Source of the DNA: Planctomycetaceae bacterium
GTDB taxonomy: Bacteria > Planctomycetota > Planctomycetia > Pirellulales > Pirellulaceae
Length of the DNA: 64,000 nucleotides
Assembly: GCA_007694185.1 (NCBI GenBank)
Contig: RECD01000174.1
Coordinates: forward strand, 2,364-66,363
Direction: 5' to 3'
Shown: piece after piece, positions 57,273-64,000 of the stretch
Numbering within the stretch: position 1 is the stretch's first letter
Layout: each line of letters opens with the position of its first letter
Translations under genes and position numbers: made by a program
The notes under the pieces: model-generated
What the model saw: the letters and a program-made list of their open reading frames with translations, nothing else
Told to the model about the DNA's origin: nothing
Database searches by the model: none

Positions 57273-58004
57273 CCTCCGCCCGCGCTACGGATCCGAACGA
57301 TCACACGGCAAGCTCATCGACTTCAACCTCGAGGGCATCGGCAAGGGTGCAACCGAATTTAGGCAACTTCGTGGAGGTCGAAGAAGCTGAGTGCTGCGTA
57401 TCCCAGGGCAGGAGCGGTTGGGTGAACTCCTGTTTCCGACCCGGTTCGACGTTCATCAAACCCGCCGCGTGAGGCCGACAACGATCAGGTCGAGAGCTTC
57501 CTAGAACCGGATTGCCGCGGTTCGGCCGGCTTGGAGTGTGGTTGAACCGGGGGTTGCGAACGGGGTTTAAATCGGCAACGTTCAATTGAAGGCGACCTCC
57601 TGCCTCCGTGAAACGGTTTTGCAGAACCCGAACCATGGCAGGTTGGCCACCTTTCAATTCCCCGCATGTCCTGCCCAGCGGTTCTCCGTCCGGCGAGATG
57701 ACGTTAACACCCTTGACGAACACGGGCAGATCCTGATTCAAGGTCGAGGTGACAACGATAGAATCGACTCGGCTCGTAAAGTGGCGACAGATTCGATCCG
57801 ATTCATCCGCCGGCGACGCGGCGCGCTGCTCACCGCAGCGGTGACCGGACGGATTTCCGTCGTGACGACGACCGGATGATCCTCGATACACTCAGGCTAG
57901 CCAACTTTGGGTTGCCAGCAGTTCGACCTAATAATCGAACCTCGGCTTACGGCCATCGGCGGCGTCAAGGGTGCGGGAACAAGCGAAATGAAGAGTGAGG
58001 CCCT

Positions 58005-59411
58005 ATGAGAATTGACCGACTGGAGCTGCGGAACTTCAAAAAGTTCTCGCGGGCAACGTTCGAGTTTCCGCGAACCGTCAACGCCCACGCCGATGCGGGA
58101 TCGTTCCACGTCCTGATCGGCGAAAACGGCGTCGGCAAGACCACCATTCTGGATGCCCTCGCCGTGGCGCTCGGAGTCTGGTTGGAACGGGTGCCCGATT
58201 CGCTCTTGGCCAACAGCCGGCGGCGGCTAAAAAAGGACGACAAGCGGATGATCGGTGGCCTCCAGGGCGACCGCTCACAGTTCCGGCGTGTCCCTGAAGA
58301 CATGTCGATTGACGCACGAGGTGTGGTACTGGATCAAACCGACGTCGCCTGGGGACAGACGCTCGCCGTCGGTAAGACGAAGGTCAGCAATGCCGCGTCG
58401 CAGGATGTTTTGGCATGGATTTGGTCGGCCTACGAGCGAGTCGGCCAGGGCGAGAGGGTCATCTTGCCGGTGATCTGCTACTACGGGGCCGGGCGGGCGT
58501 GGCTGGCCCACAATGAACGCAACAAGGCAAAAGCAAAGTCCAACGGACCATCGAATCGGTGGGAGGCGTTCTACGATTGCCTCAATGAGCGCATCCGCAT
58601 CGCAGACTTGGCCCACTGGTTTTTGGGCGAGCACATCGCGATGGGCAACCGAAACGGGCGCCCCCGCCCCGGATTCGAAGTGGTTCGCCGCGCGGTGCTG
58701 GCCTGCGTTCCGGGGGCCGATGGCATCTGGTACGACAGCGATTCGCAAGAGATCTCGCTGTCGATTGACGGCAACGCCCAGCCATTCGGAAACCTTAGCG
58801 GCGGCCAACGCGTGCTGCTCGCTCTGGTCGCCGACCTGGCGATCAAGGTCGTTACGCAGAACAACTTTCTTGTCCCACCTGACGAACTCGGTCCTGAGGA
58901 TAACGCGTTGCCGCGGGTGCTGGCCCAGACACCCGGCGTCGTGCTGATCGACGAACTGGACGTGCATTTGCATCCGACGTGGCAACGCAGCATCGTGGAG
59001 TCGCTGAGGAAAATATTCCCAAGGATTCAGTTCATCACGACCACACACTCGCCATTCATTGTGCAGTCACTCCGCGAAGATGAGCTGATCAATCTGCAAG
59101 GCCAGACCGTTCCGCAACTGGGCAACCTGAGCGTCGAGCAAATTGCCAACGGGCTCATGGGCGTCGATCGGCCGGATGTGGGGCAGCGGTACGAAGAGAT
59201 GGTCACGGCCGCAAAAGACTACCTGGTCACGCTGGATGAGGCGAAGCGAGCTCCCGCGGACAAACTCGCTGAGTTCGAGGAGAAGCTGGCGAATCGAATC
59301 GCACCGTACGCCGACAACCCGGCTTTTCAGGCGTTTCTAGAACTCAAGCACGCCGCGAAGTTGGGAGGTCACGGCCACTCGGCAGAACCCTTTAATCAGG
59401 GAGGGGCATGA
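58005..59411 (+). CDS. ptuA: ABC/OLD-type AAA ATPase, PtuA-like (Septu defence ATPase)
   Basis: 468 aa. ATG preceded by gagtgagg. N-terminus MRIDRLELRNFKKF...VLIGENGVGKTTILDAL (Walker A). LSGGQRVLLALVADL (signature-like). VVLIDELDVHLHPTWQ (Walker B/D-loop). FITTTHSPFIVQS (H-loop). No TOPRIM or other nuclease domain. Confidence 0.7.
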   Translation: MRIDRLELRNFKKFSRATFEFPRTVNAHADAGSFHVLIGENGVGKTTILDALAVALGVWLERVPDSLLANSRRRLKKDDKRMIGGLQGDRSQFRRVPEDMSIDARGVVLDQTDVAWGQTLAVGKTKVSNAASQDVLAWIWSAYERVGQGERVILPVICYYGAGRAWLAHNERNKAKAKSNGPSNRWEAFYDCLNERIRIADLAHWFLGEHIAMGNRNGRPRPGFEVVRRAVLACVPGADGIWYDSDSQEISLSIDGNAQPFGNLSGGQRVLLALVADLAIKVVTQNNFLVPPDELGPEDNALPRVLAQTPGVVLIDELDVHLHPTWQRSIVESLRKIFPRIQFITTTHSPFIVQSLREDELINLQGQTVPQLGNLSVEQIANGLMGVDRPDVGQRYEEMVTAAKDYLVTLDEAKRAPADKLAEFEEKLANRIAPYADNPAFQAFLELKHAAKLGGHGHSAEPFNQGGA

Positions 59412-60140
59412 ATGCGGCCCGTCGTCCGCGGAGATAGCCCACAAGCTGTTGATTTCGTCAACTACCGGGATGCGTTTGGAGAACTCGCTGCCCGGATCGG
59501 CATGTTCTGTTCGTATTGCGAACGCCGGATAGCCACACAGCTTGCGGTTGAGCACATTCAGCCGAAAAACGGCCCACATGGGCGTCCTGACCTGGAACGG
59601 CGGTGGGAGAATTTCCTTTTGGGTTGCGTTAATTGCAATTCGACGAAAGGAGCTAAAGATGTCGTCCTCGCGAATCTCCTGCTGCCCGATCGCGACAATA
59701 CCGCTGCGGCCTACGAATACACGATGGATGGTAAGGTCAAGCTTGCCGCCGCATTGACGGCCACCCAGTCGACCTTGGCGACGAACACGTTGACGCTGGT
59801 TGGGCTGGACAAACGATTGAATCAGGTTCTGGATTCCAATGGACAGCTCGTGGCGGTCGACCGCGTTGCCCAGCGTATGGAAGTCTGGTTGATCGCACAG
59901 GACAGCAAGGACGACCTGCAGGCGAATCCCACCGACACGTTCCGTCGCCAAATCGCTCGCACGGCGACCGGACATGGTTTCTTCAGCATCTGGATGACCG
60001 TTTTCCAGAACGATCCGACAGTTCGGAAGTTGTTGACCAAGGAGTTCGCGGGCACTGCCACGGACTGTTTCGATCCGACGACGACGCAAATCATCACCCC
60101 TCGACCAGCAAACGGCTTGCCGGATGGCAGCAAGCTATGA
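59412..60140 (+). CDS. ptuB: HNH endonuclease of the TIGR02646 type, PtuB-like (Septu defence nuclease)
   Basis: 242 aa. The ATG directly abuts the ptuA TGA (59409-59411). CSYCERRI...LAVEHIQPK...WENFLLGCVNCNSTKG is the Cys/His HNH pattern of the retron/Septu-associated HNH family. Confidence 0.7.
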   Translation: MRPVVRGDSPQAVDFVNYRDAFGELAARIGMFCSYCERRIATQLAVEHIQPKNGPHGRPDLERRWENFLLGCVNCNSTKGAKDVVLANLLLPDRDNTAAAYEYTMDGKVKLAAALTATQSTLATNTLTLVGLDKRLNQVLDSNGQLVAVDRVAQRMEVWLIAQDSKDDLQANPTDTFRRQIARTATGHGFFSIWMTVFQNDPTVRKLLTKEFAGTATDCFDPTTTQIITPRPANGLPDGSKL

Positions 60141-60316
60141 AAACCCGCATCGATTCCGCCATCGAAATCGTGCCGTTTGATAGCTTTTTGGCCGCAGGCT
60201 ACGAGGACGTCTCGTCCGCAGAATCTGTGGGCGAAAATGCAATAGCTTCGGCCGCACGTGCCGCTCGGTCGGGCCTCACTAACAAGGATACCTACCCGGA
60301 CGTGCTGTTAAGTTAA
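60137..60316 (+). CDS. 59-aa acidic ORF translationally coupled to ptuB (hypothetical)
   Basis: Below the 60-aa cutoff of the ORF track and found by hand translation. The ATG at 60137-60139 overlaps the ptuB TGA at 60138-60140 (ATGA). MKTRIDSAIEIVPFDSFLAAGYEDVSSAESVGENAIASAARAARSGLTNKDTYPDVLLS, with stop TAA at 60314-60316. Confidence 0.3.
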   Translation: MKTRIDSAIEIVPFDSFLAAGYEDVSSAESVGENAIASAARAARSGLTNKDTYPDVLLS

Positions 60317-60415
60317 GCACTTCAATAGCCCTCATCGCGCATAACTTGCCCGCGTCAATCGGAACCGCTGTTGGCCGACTCCCCAGATCATAACGAAACA
60401 GTTCTGTCGACATGC

Positions 60416-60656
60416 TTAGCAGGCACACTCCCTGTGCCGTCCGCCCGCCTCCCAAAAGCGTTGCTTTCGGAGTGCCACGGCACACGGAGTGTGCCTGCTA
60501 CTTTGCCTCTCGTAGAAATTCACAGTCCCTCTGGGCGACACGTCGTTCTTCTCCTATCCCGGAGGGATTAAAGCTATTAGCCCCGGGTCGCGCAGCGCAC
60601 CCGGGGAATACGCGACAAAAACAACGCCATCGATCCCGCAGGGGCCGCAGCGACTC
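60416..60656 (+). repeat. intergenic hairpin-bearing repeat element, copy 2 (MITE/REP-like)
   Basis: Arms at 60419-60439 (gcaggcacactccctgtgccg) and 60478-60498 (cggcacacggagtgtgcctgc), with 20 of 21 positions complementary. Module 2 runs ~60556-60656. About 45 extra nt (60511-60555) lie between the modules relative to copy 1. Confidence 0.85.
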
Positions 60657-60676
60657 ACTCGCGGTCCGACGCCGAC

Positions 60677-62308
60677 TCAGGGGAGTCGAATGACTTCATT
60701 GCCACCACGAGTAAACAGTCCCCAAAACATCTGCGGATCGATTTGGTCCGAGATGAATCGCACCGATCCGTCACCCAACCCGACATGGAAACCGCCCGGA
60801 CGATGTTTGGCCATCTGGGCCAGCGGGTTCGCCGGATCGATCGGAGCATCGGCCGGCTTCGTCCACGGTACCGCCGCCTCGGCATTCGCCTCGAACAACG
60901 CGATGGTGTTGCTCAGGCCGTCCGTGACCTGCGCGAAACGGACCGTCGCGGAGGGCTCGAACAGCAAGCCGTCACCGGTCGGTACTTGATAAATCGTCAT
61001 ACCGGGAGGTAGGGCGAGGCTCGGATCGGCATAGGTGCTGGGCATCCGTTCGAGCAGCTTCAGGTTGTGCTCGCTGTCCCAGGGCTCGTCCAGGTGGAAC
61101 TCGTTGTAGAGCTCCGCTTCCTCGATGAACGGCAGGATCGCGACCCGCCAACTGAGCAGCGGTTGCCCTTGCGGGTCTCGCTTGATCGCGGCGGGCAGGT
61201 GGCGGTAGGCATCGTGATAGTTGTGGAAAGCCAACATGATCTGCTTGATGTTGTTGCTCGACGTCATCCGCCGAGCTGCTTCCCGCGATGCTTGCACCGC
61301 CGGCAACAGGAGCCCCACCATCACGCCGCTGGTGGCGTAAGTGCTGCCGACACCGTCGAGCTGGATCGCCAATTCTCGTCCCGACTGCGTGGGGGTTAAC
61401 ATCGCGGAGATCTCGTCGCCCAACCGCCGCAGATAATTCCGGGCCGCGTCGGGCACCGCCCCTTGCCCTTCCACTGACTGCAAGGCCTGGATCATCGCGA
61501 TCTCCTTGCCGAACTGCATCCCCTCTTCCAAGACCGTCGACAACCGGCCGGCATCGGACTCGTCATTGGCGACCAAGGTCAGTTGCGAAACGCCGCTCGT
61601 CGAGAGGCTCGTCTCGATCAAGACAGCCTCGGTCAATTTCGGGATCTCGATCAACTGGCTCAAGGGCAGTGGCATGTTCTGGCTCTGCGCCACGATCGCA
61701 GGGCTAAGGATTTGACCGCGGACCGGCTCGATCACCATCGCGGCGAGGATCGGCGTCTGCCGCTGCCGCGACGCGACGAATTGTGCGAGCGGCCCCGGTT
61801 TGCTGCTCGGCGTCAGCATCGCCCCCAAAAACTCGCCGGTAGCGACGACGTAGGTGCGTGGATCGACGCGGTGTAAATAGGCCCCCGGCAAATCGGCCAA
61901 GGGAATCGCCATGTGGCCGCCGACCTGCTCCGCCGGTCCGGCAAACCGCTCCCGATTCAACCTTTTGGCATCCAGATCTTGCTTGAGTCGAATCCAGACG
62001 CCGTACTCGAGCCCCGTCGGGCCGGGCGTGCCAACCACCCCGGTCAACGACTCGATGCCGCTCAAGCCGACTCCGATGTTCTCGATCATCCAGGCGTCGG
62101 CAATCTCGATCGGCATCATCTTCATCTCGGGAGCCGAAAGGATCTCTTGCGGAAAGATCACCATGGCGGCCAAGGCGTCGGCCGGGATCCTTTCCACGGA
62201 TATTGCCGGAGTGGCTGCTCCATCTTGAGCCGAGGCGTGGCCGAGGTGGGTGAAGGCCGCGAGCGCGACCGCCGCGTAAACCAGAAAAGCCATGGGTTGC
62301 CGGTTCAT
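60677..62308 (-). CDS. secreted fusion protein: unknown ~327-aa N-terminal domain + C-terminal DUF1559/H-X9-DG domain lacking the prepilin cleavage motif
   Basis: The ATG at 62308 (ggagac 8 nt upstream) starts the signal peptide [27 protein letters not shown]. The internal [39 protein letters not shown] begins about residue 328. C-terminal [19 protein letters not shown]. The track start at 62494 adds 62 Arg/Ser-rich residues. Confidence 0.7.
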   Translation of the reverse strand: MNRQPMAFLVYAAVALAAFTHLGHASAQDGAATPAISVERIPADALAAMVIFPQEILSAPEMKMMPIEIADAWMIENIGVGLSGIESLTGVVGTPGPTGLEYGVWIRLKQDLDAKRLNRERFAGPAEQVGGHMAIPLADLPGAYLHRVDPRTYVVATGEFLGAMLTPSSKPGPLAQFVASRQRQTPILAAMVIEPVRGQILSPAIVAQSQNMPLPLSQLIEIPKLTEAVLIETSLSTSGVSQLTLVANDESDAGRLSTVLEEGMQFGKEIAMIQALQSVEGQGAVPDAARNYLRRLGDEISAMLTPTQSGRELAIQLDGVGSTYATSGVMVGLLLPAVQASREAARRMTSSNNIKQIMLAFHNYHDAYRHLPAAIKRDPQGQPLLSWRVAILPFIEEAELYNEFHLDEPWDSEHNLKLLERMPSTYADPSLALPPGMTIYQVPTGDGLLFEPSATVRFAQVTDGLSNTIALFEANAEAAVPWTKPADAPIDPANPLAQMAKHRPGGFHVGLGDGSVRFISDQIDPQMFWGLFTRGGNEVIRLP

Positions 62309-63032
62309 CGAGAAGTCTCCGAGTATTGAAAAGTTAAATGGCGATACGGTGGATGAGTGCCGGCTCAACCGGCGAATGGAAGCGGCCCGTTCCGGCTGGT
62401 CGCGTTTCCGTCGGCCCCCTTCGGCGGGTCGATAAAATCGGCATTGGCTTGAAACGGAGTCGCAGTCCGATGAGCGTTTTTGGTTCGCCACCAAACACCG
62501 TAACAGGAACCGACGCTAGGAATCAGATTAACACAACGACCAGGGCGCTGATACAGAACGCGACACTCACCCAACCCCGCCGGTTGTTGGCCCTACTGCG
62601 GCCAGCGCGGCGAGCCGCCGACGCGGGTTCGATCTTTTTCTCAAGAGCCCATCACACGCCCGCATCTCCCCAGCGAATCGAACGCCGCATCGAGCAATGC
62701 ACCCGCGACGCCTTTGGGATAGAGCAAGCTCGCAAACGGTCGAGCCGTCGGCTGTTGACGCACTTAGCGGCACGGCGCAAGCCGTCCGGTCCGTCGGCGA
62801 TGGCAAGACCGGACGGCTCGCGCCCTTCCGCTAACCTGGCGATGAACTCGCCCAGACGCCAGCGTCTGTTTTGCCAAACGACACCGGCCCAATAACTAGC
62901 CCAGCCCAGCAGGCTGGTTCGATGGGCAATGGGTACCGCGAGGACCAAAGGCCCGGCAATTTGCGACGAAAAAACGGTTAGCAACACAATGCCCACCGTA
63001 TCCCCGACCGCTTCCCCAGCGTCGTGTGCGAC

Positions 63033-63536
63033 TCACATCAGGCAGGTCCATTGCGGTTGCCGGCGCCGCAGCCGATCACAAGCTTCCGAGACGTCCGAGA
63101 TCATCTCGAAGTCAGCGAAGTCAAAACCGGGACTGACGGTGCAAGTCACCAACCCGTACTCGCCCACGCACCTGGCCGCTTGCCAATCGCCCGCTTTCAC
63201 CACCCGCACCCCCGCCTCGGATGACGCGGAGCCCAACGGCCAACACGAGACCCTCTCGAACTCTGCATCCGCGACAAACAGTTCGATCCCCGCCCCGTCA
63301 ACCAACTGCCACGCTTCATCCGACGCCACGCGGTGCCAGCGACTGAACATGCTGTCCGCCAACAGGAAATGAATCAGCGTCATGGCCGAACGCGGAGGCC
63401 TGCCGTCCCCCGGATCGACCATCGAATCCGAACGGTACAGTTCGCGATAAAAGCCGCCCTCGGGATGAGGCTGCAATCCCAACGTCTCGATCAATTCGCT
63501 CGCCCGTCGATGCATCGTCTCGTCCCTCGCTGACAT
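63033..63536 (-). CDS. cupin-fold protein, DUF985 type
   Basis: LIETLGLQPHPEGGFYRELYRS...TLIHFLLADSMFSRWHRVASDEAWQLVDG...VVKAGDWQAA...GLVTCTVSPGFDFADFEM matches the DUF985 cupin pattern. The start is ATG at 63536 or 63515. Confidence 0.7.
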   Translation of the reverse strand: MSARDETMHRRASELIETLGLQPHPEGGFYRELYRSDSMVDPGDGRPPRSAMTLIHFLLADSMFSRWHRVASDEAWQLVDGAGIELFVADAEFERVSCWPLGSASSEAGVRVVKAGDWQAARCVGEYGLVTCTVSPGFDFADFEMISDVSEACDRLRRRQPQWTCLM

Positions 63537-63727
63537 CCGCCTGCCCCCACCCAACTTGGTGCCTCCCTCACGCCACCCACTGCGGCGCATTCAAAGCCTG
63601 CTCCCTTCGCTCGACCTGCGTCAGCAGCGCCCCGGCCTGGCGCCGAACGCCCCCAGCCGCATCGCGAGCGAAACCGCTATCCTATTGCTTCCGAGCGCCG
63701 CCCCCAAGATCATCGAGACCGCCGCCG

Positions 63728-64000
63728 ATGGAATTCATGGTCGTCTGCGTCGTGGCGTTGGTCGTGGCGGCACTGACGCTGTTCTCAGGCTTCGGCTTGG
63801 GCACGCTGCTGATGCCGGCCTTCGCCCTGTTCTTCCCGTTGCCTGTCGCGGTCGCGGCCACGGCGGTGGTGCATCTGGCCAACAACCTCTTCAAAGTCTT
63901 GTTGGTGGGGCGAAACGCCGACTGGAAGGTGGTGCTCCGGTTCGCGGTGCCCGCGGCCGTCGCGGCGATCGGGGGAGCGCTATTGCTGGAATTCATGTCC
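63728..64000 (+). CDS. TauE/SafE (TSUP) family membrane transporter, N-terminal part only (runs off the window end)
   Basis: Not in the ORF track because there is no stop. Hand translation from the ATG at 63728: MEFMVVCVVALVVAALTLFSGFGLGTLLMPAFALFFPLPVAVAATAVVHLANNLFKVLLVGRNADWKVVLRFAVPAAVAAIGGALLLEFMS. The G-x-G-x-G...P...A..T pattern is typical of the family. Confidence 0.55.
   Translation, partial: MEFMVVCVVALVVAALTLFSGFGLGTLLMPAFALFFPLPVAVAATAVVHLANNLFKVLLVGRNADWKVVLRFAVPAAVAAIGGALLLEFMS

Noticed and set aside
57273-60416. Retron (reverse transcriptase plus msr/msd) associated with the PtuA/PtuB-like pair.
   Set aside because: No ORF with RT motifs (such as YxDD) occurs in any frame within several kb on either side. 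I therefore treat the pair as stand-alone Septu-like.
62338-62996. ORFs 62338..62895 (+, 185 aa) and 62652..62996 (-, 114 aa) between the DUF1559 fusion gene and the cupin gene.
   Set aside because: The plus-strand product is Arg/Ser/Ala-rich with no motifs. The minus-strand product starts with a plausible hydrophobic segment but then has no recognisable domain. The two overlap each other. I left the region uncalled because it needs a homology search.

Overview
GC-rich chromosomal segment that looks planctomycetal, probably Pirellulales-like. This is inferred from DUF1559 pseudopilin-like genes, a BBP7-type barrel, a giant LepB, a fused CcoN-CcoO and N-terminal LEDRR(L/V)(L/M)A motifs. All family calls come from reading motifs in the ORF-track translations and hand-translating unlisted frames. 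No database search was run.

I support about 46 genes, in this order:
- cbb3 oxidase genes (fused ccoNO, a FixQ-like ORF, single-haem ccoP, plus a coupled partial ORF at the window edge)
- a CheB-CheR-PAS-histidine kinase-receiver hybrid
- a co-directional minus-strand block: RecB/UvrD-like helicase, metallophosphoesterase, RDD, SpoIIM-like, DUF4129, DUF4350-like, MoxR
- a VIT-VWA protein with a GlyGly-CTERM-like tail next to a rhombosortase-like rhomboid
- a BBP7 barrel
- two divergent cohesin/dockerin/cadherin surface proteins
- a TolC-like protein and a large signal peptidase I
- hpf-ptsN-ptsH-ptsI, then a DUF2344-type protein and RNase E/G, then Nudix
- a ZIP/Zur zinc locus with a TPR-redoxin gene
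- NhaC and a PEP-hydrolase-like TIM barrel
- DUF1559 plus lipoprotein plus M14 peptidase
- a two-gene ATPase+HNH (Septu/PtuAB-like) defence module with an unlisted 59-aa coupled ORF
- a DUF1559 fusion, a cupin and a partial TauE/SafE gene

No rRNA, tRNA or CRISPR array was found.

The most interesting signals are:
- the Septu-like module and its coupled mini-ORF
- two direct copies of a hairpin-bearing MITE/REP-like element bracketing 52.1-60.4 kb
- the rhombosortase-like/VIT-VWA pair
- a nuclease-less RecB-like helicase translationally coupled to a metallophosphoesterase
- a MoxR module with no DUF58/VWA partner

Many long ORFs in the track are antisense artefacts of the high GC content and were not called.
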